Notes under the pieces: generated by a model | Seen by the model: only the letters and a program-made list of their open reading frames with translations | The model's database searches: none | Told to the model about the DNA's origin: nothing | Shown here: positions 37,501 to 49,392 of the stretch, piece after piece | Layout: each line of letters starts with the position of its first letter | How positions within the stretch are numbered: position 1 is the stretch's first letter | Position numbers and translations under genes: made by a program | NCBI GenBank assembly: GCA_043228905.1 | Contig: JBHGNT010000014.1 | Coordinates: 868,001-932,000, forward strand | Origin: Azolla caroliniana | Lineage: Eukaryota; Plantae; Polypodiophyta | Length of the DNA stretch: 64,000 bases | Reading direction: 5' to 3'

Positions 37501-40500
37501 CCCGGGCCTCACGCCTTGCCTTCACCTTCTCGGAGCTTACCTCCCGTCCACGTCCGTCAGCCTCATTCTGGGCCGCCTCACCAACACCTCCCATCTCCTT
37601 GGTCTTACGTTAGCTCTTGGGCCCGATCGTTGATGTCTCCTGTCACGGTGTGGAGGAACCGCTCTGTCCATCCGCACTCTCGTCCCCTTCTTCCGTCTCC
37701 TTGGTCTTATGTTCTCTCTCGGGCATAGTTGCCAAAGACTCTAGAACCGGTGTGGGGAGACTTGTTCCCCCTTGTCCTTCTTCCCCGTGGCCTTCGAGCC
37801 CGCACGTTCTTCTCCTCGTTTCTTCCAGACTTATCCGGATGCCACGGCTCGCCCACTCCGACCCACGATTAGGCCGGCCTCGATGACCTGTCCGGATCGA
37901 AACCACCATAGTCCCAATTAGCGGTCCTTTCGCCTTCCATCCGAGTCGTCTCCTGGATACTTCCCATTTTTTGTGTGTTGCTACAGCTTCGTCCTCGGCC
38001 CCTTTGATGGCCAGCATTCCTCCGTACGCGCCCATATGGACCTTTTGCTTCTCACCGCTAGCGCCCATCTCTTCGGTCTCACGTTGGCACACGGGCACAA
38101 CCGTCGAAGTCTCCGACACCGGTGCGGAGAAAGCCTCAACTCCATCACTTGCTGACAACTTGTTCATAACTTCCGTGCAAGCTCTGATTGTGTCTGCCTC
38201 GCTCTCACTCGACATTCCGAACAATCGTGTCTGGACACACTCGTGCTCTCCCAAATCAGTGATCGTCGCCTCACCACCTCAATTAGAGGCTCAACCGGAT
38301 CATCCGCCGACTGGGCCGATTTCCGACTCCTCTTCCCGGGCCTCACGCCTTGCCTTCACCTTCTCGGAGCTTACCTCCCGTCCACGTCCGTCAGCCTCAT
38401 TCTGGGCCGCCTCACCAACACCTCCCATCTCCTTGGTCTTACGTTAGCTCTTGGGCCCGATCGTTGATGTCTCCTGTCACGGTGTGGAGGAACCGCTCTG
38501 TCCATCCGCACTCTCGTCCCCTTCTTCCGTCTCCTTGGTCTTATGTTCTCTCTCGGGCATAGTTGCCAAAGACTCTAGAACCGGTGTGGGGAGACTTGTT
38601 CCCCCTTGTCCTTCTTCCCCGTGGCCTTCGAGCCCGCACGTTCTTCTCCTCGTTTCTTCCAGACTTATCTGGATGCCACGGCTCGCCCACTCCGACCCAC
38701 GATTAGGCCGGCCTCGATGACCTGTCCGGATCGAAACCACCATAGTCCCAATTAGCGGTCCTTTCGCCTTCCATCCGAGTCGTCTCCTGGATACTTCCCA
38801 TTTTTTGTGTGTTGCTACAGCTTCGTCCTCGGCCCCTTTGATGGCCAGCATTCCTCCATACGCGCCCATATGGACCTTTTGCTTCTCACCGCTAGCGCCC
38901 ATCTCTTCGGTCTCACGTTGGCACACGGGCACAACCGTCGAAGTCTCCGACACCGGTGCGGAGAAAGCCTCAACTCTATCACTTGCTGACAACTTGTTCA
39001 TAACTTCCGTGCAAGCTCTGATTGTGTCTGCCTCGCTCTCACTCGACATTCCGAACAATCGTGTCTGGACACACTCGTGCTCTCCCAAATCAGTGATCGT
39101 CGCCTCACCACCTAAATTAGAGGCTCAACCGGATCATCCGCCGACTGGGCCGATTTCCGACTCCTCTTCCCGGGCCTCACGCCTTGCCTTCACCTTCTCG
39201 GAGCTTACCTCCCGTCCACGTCCGTCAGCCTCATTCTGGGCCGCCTCACCAACACCTCCCATCTCCTTGGTCTTACGTTAGCTCTTGGGCCCGATCGTTG
39301 ATGTCTCCTGTCACGGTGTGGAGGAACCGCTCTGTCCATCCGCACTCTCGTCCCCTTCTTCCGTCTCCTTGGTCTTATGTTCTCTCTCGGGCATAGTTGC
39401 CAAAGACTCTAGAACCGGTGTGGGGAGACTTGTTCCCCCTTGTCCTTCTTCCCCGTGGCCTTCGAGCCCGCACGTTCTTCTCCTCGTTTCTTCCAGACTT
39501 ATCCGGATGCCACGGCTCGCCCACTCCGACCCACGATTAGGCCGGCCTCGATGACCTGTCCGGATCGAAACCACCATAGTCCCAATTAGCGGTCCTTTCG
39601 CCTTCCATCCGAGTCGTCTCCTGGATACTTCCCATTTTTTGTGTGTTGCTACAGCTTCGTCCTCGGCCCCTTTGATGGCCAGCATTCCTCCGTACGCGCC
39701 CATATGGACCTTTTGCTTCTCACCGCTAGCGCCCATCTCTTCGGTCTCACGTTGGCACACGGGCACAACCGTCGAAGTCTCCGACACCGGTGCGGAGAAA
39801 GCCTCAACTCTATCACTTGCTGACAACTTGTTCATAACTTCCGTGCAAGCTCTGATTGTGTCTGCCTCGCTCTCACTCGACATTCCGAACAATCGTGTCT
39901 GGACACACTCGTGCTCTCCCAAATCAGTGATCGTCGCCTCACCACCTAAATTAGAGGCTCAACCGGATCATCCGCCGACTGGGCCGATTTCCGACTCCTC
40001 TTCCCGGGCCTCACGCCTTGCCTTCACCTTCTCGGAGCTTACCTCCCGTCCACGTCCGTCAGCCTCATTCTGGGCCGCCTCACCAACACCTCCCATCTCC
40101 TTGGTCTTACGTTAGCTCTTGGGCCCGATCGTTGATGTCTCCTGTCACGGTGTGGAGGAACCGCTCTGTCCATCCGCACTCTCGTCCCCTTCTTCCGTCT
40201 CCTTGGTCTTATGTTCTCTCTCGGGCATAGTTGCCAAAGACTCTAGAACCGGTGTGGGGAGACTTGTTCCCCCTTGTCCTTCTTCCCCGTGGCCTTCGAG
40301 CCCGCACGTTCTTCTCCTCGTTTCTTCCAGACTTATCCGGATGCCACGGCTCGCCCACTCCGACCCACGATTAGGCCGGCCTCGATGACCTGTCCGGATC
40401 GAAACCACCATAGTCCCAATTAGCAGTCCTTTCGCCTTCCATCCGAGTCGTCTCCTGGATACTTCCCATTTTTTGTGTGTTGCTACAGCTTCGTCCTCGG

Positions 40501-41648
40501 CCCCTTTGATGGCCAGCATTCCTCCGTACGCGCCCATATGGACCTTTTGCTTCTCACCGCTAGCGCCCATCTCTTCGGTCTCACGTTGGCACACGGGCAC
40601 AACCGTCGAAGTCTCCGACACCGGTGCGGAGAAAGCCTCAACTCCATCACTTGCTGACAACTTGTTCATAACTTCCGTGCAAGCTCTGATTGTGTCTGCC
40701 TCGCTCTCACTCGACATTCCGAACAATCGTGTCTGGACACACTCGTGCTCTCCCAAATCAGTGATCGTCGCCTCACCACCTGAATTAGAGGCTCAACCGG
40801 ATCATCCGCCAACTGGGCCGATTTCCGACTCCTCTTCCCGGGCCTCACGCCTTGCCTTCACCTTCTCGAAGCTTACCTCCCATCCACGTCCGTCAGCCTC
40901 ATTCTGGGCCGCCTCACCAACACCTCCCATCTCCTTGGTCTTACGTTAGCTCTTGGGCCCGATCGTTGATGTCTCCTGTCACGGTGTGGAGGAACCGCTT
41001 TGTCCATCCACACTCTCGTCCCCTTCTTCCGTCTCCTTGGTCTTATGTTCTCTCTCGGGCATAGTTGCCAAAGACTCTAGAACCGGTGTTGGGAGACTCG
41101 TTCCTCCCCATCCTTCTTCCCCGTGGCCTTCGAGCCTGCGCGTTCTTCTCCTCATTTCTTCCGGACTTATCCGGATGCCACGGCTCACCCACTCCGACCC
41201 ACAATTAGGCCGGCCTCGATGACCTGTCCGGCTCGAAACCACCACAACCCCGATTAGCGGTCCTTTCGCCTTCCATGCGGATCGTCTCCCGGATACTTCC
41301 CATTTTTTGTGTGTTGCTACAGCTTCTTCCTCGGCCCCTTTGATGGCCAGCATTCCTCCGTACGCGCCCATATGGACCTTTCACTTCTCGCCGCTAGCAC
41401 CCATCTCTCCGGTCTCACGTTGGCACACAGGCACAACCGCCGAAGTCTCCGGCACCGGTGTGGAGAATTCCTCAACTCTATCACTCGTCGACAACTTGTT
41501 CATAGCCACCTCTTCCTCGACGTCGCCGCCTGTGGCCATCCCTTCCGTGCAACCTCTGACTGTGCTTGCCTCGCTCTCGCTCAACATTCCGGACAATCTT
41601 GTCCAGACACACTCGTGCTCTCCCAAATCAGTGATCGTCGCCTCACCA
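31564..41648. repeat. Tandem array of 12 units (10 x 834 bp, flanked by two diverged 870-bp units)
   Basis: GEHECV frame starts at 32416, 33250, 34084, 34918, 35752, 36586, 37420, 38254, 39088, 39922, 40756 and 41626. Outer units carry an extra 36 bp. Confidence 0.97.
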
Positions 41649-42624
41649 TCCTTGACCTTGTCCTTGGTCATTTTTTCTCCGCAAGTCGAGATGGTGGCTC
41701 ATTCCACACCCTCTCCCGTGGTATTGATGTACCACTCTCCGGCCTCCACATAGGCCTCGACCTTCTCTTATGAAGAGACGACTCGGTCTTCGTCCTCCGT
41801 CTCCTCCGACCGCGTGTTGGGCCTCTCTTCTTCGTTGATCTTGGCCTTCAGGATTTTGAATGTTTCCCTGACCAAGGCTTCGACGTCGAACACCACCGAA
41901 CCATCCTATCGCATGCCCTCTTCTTGTTGTGACGGCACGCCATTGCGTGCCACTCTCTTCTGGTCACCGCACGTGGGACCGGTTTCGGCCATTGAAGTAT
42001 GGGCTCTCTGCCATCTCCTTTTGACCTCTAACCAATCTTCAATGAGGCCGTTCACTCTGCCGTCGTCCTCTAGCTCAAGTCTGACAGCCATCCGCTCCGA
42101 CCGATTGGTCGACTTTAAAAACAATTGGACCTTGTCCACCCCCACCAGTCGTCGACCCCGCTCCGAAAGCTGAGAAAACCGATGCTTGACTTCCCGGAAC
42201 GCCTCTTCCGCACCTTGGTGGGTCTTCGTCGACGCCACCCACCCGTCGAACTCGCATCATTTTCGGTCCTTCAGCTGCTCATAACTGTACTTCTTCAATA
42301 ACACTCATTCAAAGGCCTCCCACGAAACGTGAGCTTCCTGAAGCCCTATCACCTTGTCGTGTATTCATACGGCCACCACCCGACAAAAATATTCTAGCCT
42401 CAATGCCTAATCCACATCTCTCGTCGTCATCTCGGCATTGTAGGCTTCCAAGTAGAATGGGACAAAAATTGTCCCCACTTAACTAGCCGACTCATTCAAC
42501 CATGCTTTCGACAGCATGTTGTGCCGCCTCTCGTCTCGCCTTCTTCCATCCAACCTCCATCAATGTCTTCGCCATCATCTCTGCAAAGTCTTCGTCTTCC
42601 AACTCCATCCTCCGTTGCCGCCCT

Positions 42625-42642
42625 TTCACATCGGGTTCACCA
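42625..42642 (-). promoter_or_regulatory. Primer binding site complementary to tRNA-Trp
   Basis: TGGTGAACCCGATGTGAA lies 4 nt after the 5' LTR. The plant tRNA-Trp 3' end as recalled (..UUCACGUCGGGUUCACCA) matches with one C>T change. Confidence 0.75.
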
Positions 42643-43325
42643 AATATGTCGCGGAAATCCGCGAGTACGTGTAGGATTCGGGCGGGACCATCGGGGTCTT
42701 GGACCAGAGAGAGAGATGGGAAGGCAAGACCTAGCTTCGCTAGCACCGTTCACACTAGTTGGGGCACCAACCGGTGCGTTTTCGGGTATGCACCGGAAAG
42801 AACCTAGTGAGAGAGAGAGATTCACGCGCACATACATTGTTCTGGACCCGGTAATGAAGGGGGGATATGGACACCACAAACAACACAACATGACATGAAA
42901 CCAAATATTTGTTTATATATATGTCTTACAAGAACTTGTACATCCGACAGCGAACCGGTCAATTGCCAAACAAAATACCGTGAGTCTACGATCAAACCGC
43001 CAGTCGGAGAGCTCACGGACTCCCAAGCGCGAGTGGGGCCTTGCACCGTAACGGGCTCTCTACCCAAGATGGAGCTCCCTAAAGAAACCCAAAATCGGAG
43101 ACCCCTTACAAGAGACACCTCCCTCCTTTTATAGCCCAAGGAGGGTGGTGCGTTACAATGTGGGAGAATTACTACTCACAAACTAACCCTTAGTGCACAC
43201 CAGCACTACATAGTCCTCTCTTTTCCTCTATATACTTTTTGTCATATACGTGTGCACATGGTGAACTTTGCCATTTCCGCCCTTCTCACTAGAGTTTCAC
43301 ATGGTGGCCGCGATTCTTCACGACA

Positions 43326-44100
43326 ATGTAGCTTCTGACAATCTCGACCTAAATGACCAAACTGATGGCACACAAAACATTGATTAGGCAAACCTTGATA
43401 ATACACCTTTTACACAACCAAAGGTTTATTTATAAGCAAATTAGGTTAAGAAATAGTTGCCAGCAAACGAAAAGATCTTAGTGCGAGCAAGCAAACAGTT
43501 GGAACCCCATCCACTCTATATGTCCCATAAACCTATCCATCACATGTAGCAATGACTTTACATAATAAAGCCCCAATGTGAGGAAGAACATTCCTCCCCT
43601 CCTTCCTCAAACCAAGGAATATCATTGTAAAAATCATACTAGACTCTTGATCCTACAAATTCTTGTCTACCTTAACATTATGTGACCATTTATGAAAAGA
43701 AACCCACACACCTTCCACGCCCGCCTCCTTAATCGCTAATAGCCTGGTGATGGACTCCTCATCTGCAAATTCCACATAATAACATCCTCTAGACATGAAT
43801 TGAATGTGGAGGATGTTATCCGCTTCCTCCAAGAAAGCAGCATACAAAATATGACGGAGTTCCGATCTATTAGGTCACAAACCTTGGGCTAGGGTCTTGC
43901 ACTACCAAGGAAAATGCCTCCAATTGTTGTATCTCTCCCAATATGGTAACTTTATCCTGGTCCGACAACACAAGGTCAACTGTCTCATCACACAGATGAG
44001 GCAAAAGTTGGGGGGGTGCACCGAACTCCCCTGCTCGTGTTGGAAGCACCTCTCATGGTGGTCACGTTGTTCATGCCACACGCGACCTGTTTGGTAGTTG
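43326..44100 (-). pseudogene. L1-type LINE ORF1 (5' part of the element at 12915-14084)
   Basis: Zinc knuckle PNQCFVCHQFGHLGRDCQKL ends at the TSD; plant-L1-ORF1-like stretch RGCYYVEF..FHKW at 43653-43847. 5' boundary approximate. Confidence 0.7.
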
Positions 44101-44967
44101 TCACTTCCTTTTGCATCTTTTCCAAGTTCACGGTACTGAAATTTGTCATGTTCTTACATATTTTACCTTTTAGAACCACCACTTCATAATAAGCCAAATT
44201 TTTCATAAGATACACTTAATCACTACACTAATTAAAAAATATGTTAGTCTCAATTAAATTGATAATCACGATATAAGAAACATCAGAGATATCTTAATTG
44301 AATAGATAATTAATAAATAAAAATTTGTTATCTCCAATAATTATGTGGAAAAGCTATATCGAGGAAAATGGCTCTTAGTGGATGTAAAGGTTGCTCTACA
44401 CTTAGGGCGCCCAAATGCCTCTTTTACATTAGAGTTATTGCAGTCTTATACAAGTTGGAAACCCGAAAGTGTCCCTATCACATTACAAACCCATTGGCCA
44501 TTGACCATTCGTGCATAATAAAGGGTGGTTCCCTACAAGTTATTGATGTAATTATTTTTCTTGCATACATTTAGCTTGTGACCAAATACTAAAGCATTAT
44601 ATGGTTTAATACAAATAAATAAATGTGACATTATTCCCCTTAATAATCCCACTCTAGTAGTGCATGCACGCGTTATCGACGTCTAAAACTAAGTTTATGA
44701 TAGTGTAGGGCAATCAAGTCTCAAGATCAAGCATTACAAAAAGAAATATAATCATGAAGCTTGAATATGCACAATGTCTCCTCTTATTTTGGTCCCACAC
44801 TTGGTCTATGGTACCAATTCCAATGTCTTCATGAGTCATGACACGCATCAAAAGTATCTCACAAAAGGCAGTAATAATTATCTTGTGATAAGCCTTTGAA
44901 ATTTTAAGAAAATTATAATTGTGGCACAACGGAAACCACTAGTTTTGGTAATAAATGTACAATTAGA

Positions 44968-47900
44968 TGCACCATATCAAAATGGATATGGGGTTAGAAC
45001 CCAAAATGTCAAGGGTTGGCCTCCAAGAAAGCTAAGATCTTATTACGAATCAAACCAATGATGAGAAAAATAACAAGATATTAAAGAAAATAATGGATTG
45101 AGGGTGCTTAAACACACCAACCATCCCCGAGAGGAGGACATGAAAAAAACATAAAATATCATCGGTGTCCCATCCCACTAAATATTACCTTATGTTATAC
45201 CTTGGTAGTTTAATAATAGATCCAAATAAGAGAGTTTGGTTTCAATGTTGTCTCAAGATGTTGTCACAAAGGGGGCCCCTAGTCCCTAAGGCTCCTGATC
45301 CACAATATATTCCCAAGTGTCATTGGTCATTATGGGTTTGTCTCAATTCATAAGATAAATTGTTTCCCAACTATCCTAACCTTAACCCATCAAAATAAGC
45401 TATATACTCCCCGTTTCCAAAACATTGCACTCTTGCAATTTGAAAAATCAAAATCTTGGGAGTTAGATTTAAGAACGTGCTCTTTCTCCCAAATGGCATC
45501 ATACATTTTGATCCAACCATATAATTTTGAACTCTCGGGCTTGTTTAATTTGAGCATCAAGAATTTTTCAGGCAAATAGAGTTTAGGATAATAATCCTTA
45601 TGAGTTACCAAATCTTTTATGGTTACTATGTCGACATCCGAACCCATAAGTTCTTTGAGGTGACTAACATGGAAAACAAGATGTATGCTAACACCTTCAA
45701 GAAGATCAAGACAATAGGCAGATGAACCAATATGCTTGAAAATTGTGAAAGATTTAGAACAGCATGGAGTTAATTTAGCTCAGTTACCTGCAGATAATGT
45801 TTTGGAATTAGGACATACATATAAGAAGACTTTTTTGAGAAGAGTTAAGAGCACCAGGATGACTATTATAATCAGCATAGAAAAATTCTCTCTCTTGAGC
45901 AATCTTAAATGTAAAGCGTGCAATTTGCAACATTTCTTGCATATCCCTCTTCAATTTATCTCGTTGAAAATTAACATCAAAGGGACTCACGATTGAAAAC
46001 AATACACCAACATAAAAGAACTAAATGCAATTGAAGTATCTTTCTAACTTGTTATGAAAAAACTCTATAAGGGGAGGTATTGATCTCATTTTGTAAGCTT
46101 ATTGGCCATATAGGCTGACAACATATCTTTAATCATTTGATTGACTCCTTCAATTTGACCATCAAATTGAGGATAAGGAAGTCATGCTCAAGGTAGTTTC
46201 CGACTTTTTAAAGAATTGAGTTCAAAAATATCTCGCAAACTTGCAATAAAATACATGCATATACTTTCTCTTTATTATTAAGAATATCTAGTAGATGCAA
46301 ACGATCAATAGCTTTATGCCACTCCCCTTATTAAACTAACGTTGCAAACATTCGATTGCATAATTTTACACTTCATGGCATAGTTTAGGCCAAAGAAACA
46401 TTATAAAGTTTAGAACAGGTGCTAGGTGTATTCTAGGGTGCCAACTTGAGTGTACCACGACACTATCAAGAACTTTTTTTTTTACCTCAAGGAGATCTAG
46501 ATCACAAACCTTCCAACTATGGTAGAGCATCACATTATAAATGTGAAAGGTTGACATTAATGGTGTGGTATTTCTGATGGAATCAATACCAGCTTCAGAT
46601 CTCATTCAATATCTTTTGAGTAAATAATCATTAAGGTATTTCCCTTGAAGTTGATGAAAAATATCATATTTTAGTTTAATGAAGCTAAGCATGTTAACCT
46701 CAAGAAAATGTCTAAGAGCATTAACAACTATGTTAATTGAATATTTGCAATAACAATGGAAAAATTAAAAGTCTTGGATTACATTTACCCATTGAGACAT
46801 GGTTTGTTATGACCACAAAACGATTTCCATATAAATAATGTCTCCAAGTTTTAAGTGCATGAATGGTTGCAACAAGTTCTTTTTCTTGCACTTAATATCA
46901 ACATTGAGTAGAATCAAGTTTCCTACTGTCAAAAGAAATAGGTTTTTGGTAAAGTATCTAGCATCATGCAAACGATCAATTAAATCATCAACAACATGTC
47001 TGAATGGATGCAAATTATTGATAGTCACTTTAATCAAAGATAAAATTTGACATACATTATCTATTACTTTTTCTTTACTAAGGTAGCTAACGCACCTCAA
47101 GGAGATTTATTATGACAAACATGACCCATCCTTAAGTAATCCTTGATTTGTGTTGTGATCTCATCCGCGTCAAGTTGATTAAGTTAATAAGATGGAATGT
47201 TCATATGAATAGCGATAGGTATGAGATCTATTTTGTGGTCAACATTACTAATATGTGGTCATTCATGTGGTATTTTCTTAGAAGAAAGATCTCTGAAATA
47301 AATATTTATGATTGGATTGAGTAATCTTTGTTCATGAAAATGTAATTCTTTCACATGGACATTAAAATGACAATATTGAATCACTAGATCAATCACACAA
47401 CAGTGAAGTAGAGAACACGAATTTAATCAATTAAAGATATGAAAAGTTAGATTTTGAAAGAATTTTTGTATATTGAATAGTGTCACTATGTACTGCAAAA
47501 GTGATTGAATTGTTAATCTATAGACCTAAGAATAGCCTAGTATTACATCGGCATATCTCAATTTCCTCACATGGAAACGAAGCTTTTTTGCATATGAAGC
47601 TATGTAAATTAGTAATTACAAATGAACTTCACCATTCATGAATTGTAATCATCCATCTACTAAATGAACTTTATAAGTATGAACACTTATATCTATTCAA
47701 AGTCCCAACGTCGGTGCCAAGTAATCATCAATAAAATTGTGCAAGCTACCCGTATCAAAGAAGTAATGCATTGGAGATCCATTGATTTGACAAATTTCTC
47801 AGAGCAAGTCATTTGGTTCAAGTAAATGTTTGGGAAAAAAACATGGTCAATTGCTTGAATGTTGAGTTTGATTATCAATGATTTCAAGGAAGTCATTTTA

Positions 47901-48000
47901 TGGTTGAAACTTGAAAGTTTTGCATTTTTGTTCTTGAGGCGAAGAAGTTTTGGTTTTCTGCTTGAATCGGTGACAATTGTCTTTTATGTGCCCCTCTTTT
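44968..48000 (-). mobile_element. Old, highly degenerate Ty3/gypsy element (RT and integrase remnants, PPT, LTR ~44968-45404)
   Basis: DDLIDRLHDARYFTK (RT), IHLVFHVSHLKE (~45650-45695), PPT GGAAACGGGGAG at ~45408-45419. Boundaries approximate. Confidence 0.6.
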
Positions 48001-48424
48001 TTACAATATGCACATGAAAGGAGAATTCATGTAGCGTTTTGACCAACATAATTATGGTTAGATTTCCAACATTTCCCATTGAATAATTTGGGCTTTAGCC
48101 TATCAATTGACAAGGGTTTGGTTTGAACTGAACCGAACCGTGAAACCACAAAACCATAGCTCAATTCAGTTCAGTCTCAACAACATCTTCAAACATTTTA
48201 GGATCCTTATCCTACGCTATCCAATGATATTTCAAATTTGGGATAATATCATTGAGGAAACTAGTGATAACCCATTTTCTTCCACCATGCTTAATTTTTT
48301 AAAATTTTGTTTGTGTGTGATAAACGTAATTCTCAAAAGTCTGAAATGATTTATTAGATAGAGTTATTAGGTTTTGTGTTTCAATTTGAGAAAGTGATTG
48401 TAAAGTTAATTGTCATTTAAAGAT

Positions 48425-48669
48425 ACTGGAATCGATATACGTTGGTAGTACGTAGTACCCAGATGGTTGTTCCCCCCTCCCATTAGATGAAAGAGGGGCG
48501 TGAATGACATGAGACACATAGAGAACAAACATGTGGGCTATTGAGTGTAAGATAAATAAGTGATGTCGTCCATATGGAAGTAGGTAATGACTACCCGATA
48601 AAGGGACTAAAGTTGTGTACTGGATGACATTTTAACTAATGGAGTATATTCTTATTTGGTAAAAAAAAA
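48425..48669 (+). mobile_element. Short 5'-truncated L1 3' end with poly(A)
   Basis: Encodes IRW*YVVPRWLFPPP; A-tail 48661-48669; TSD AAAGTTAATTGTCATTTAAAGAT (second copy split by the next element). Confidence 0.7.
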
Positions 48670-48683
48670 GTTAATTGTCATTT

Positions 48684-49392
48684 TTTATTTTTTTTAAGTC
48701 AAGATTCACCGTGGTATTAATGAAAAGATGCCCAAAGGCTACAAAGTATCCATACAATATATTACAACCCTCCTACCCACATGAATCAACATGTCTAGTA
48801 TTGGAAACCTCATGCATGGTCTTTTCAAGACGGGGGGCGGAAAAAGGCATCTTGGTGGAGCATATCTCCATTTTATTATGTCCCCAAAATAGGTCAAGAC
48901 CTCTGCCTTTTCCAAATTTCTCGAAATTGTTGTTGCTTGCGAAACAGAACATCAAGCTCACCATGTATTGCCTCATATTGACCTCTTAGAGTATGTAGGA
49001 GCATCGACCATATCTCCTTGACTAACTCAACCACATTCAATTTGACATTCTGAAATACACACTTACATCTTGCCTTCCATAATATCCAAACTACTAAAGA
49101 AGATACAGTAGACCAAACCTTGTCTTCTTCCAAACAATGGATTGATGTAGTATAAGAGGCCTCCAACACATGTCTTCCATCAAAGAGGAGAAGAAAATCA
49201 ACTCAGTCCCTTTCATAATTCTGTATTTCTTCAACCAACCTTCCCCATCTCACAAAACCCCATGTGTACACTTGTTTACCATAAATAGGATACGAAATTC
49301 TCACCCCTCTTTTCCATACTGCTCTAGCTATAAGACATATCCATAAAACATGGTGCGTTGTTTCATTGGGAAAACCACAATTGTCACATTTT
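48684..49392 (-). mobile_element. 5'-truncated L1 (ORF2 zinc finger and C-terminus) with 16-bp TSD
   Basis: CDNCG..ETTHHVLWIC, VWILWKARC, KWRYAPPRCLFPPP. T-run at ~48681-48695; TSD AAGTTAATTGTCATTT at 48668-48683 and 49393-49408. Confidence 0.85.

Larger units (their letters stand above)
14085..43325 (-). mobile_element. Non-autonomous Ty3/gypsy-type LTR element (gag-like only) with nested insertions; LTRs 14085-14742 and 42647-43325
   Basis: Similar LTRs TGTCGCGG..CACGACA. TSD ACGT (14081-84)/ATGT (43326-29). PBS 42625-42642; PPT-like 14743-14759. Degenerate gag-like frame ~41700-42480; no RT or IN of its own seen. Confidence 0.85.

Noticed and set aside
32600-41400. Repeated 203/158/89/70-aa ORFs as a tandem gene family
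   Set aside because: They are frames of a TE-internal repeat, with non-ATG starts, shared stops and no recognisable domain.
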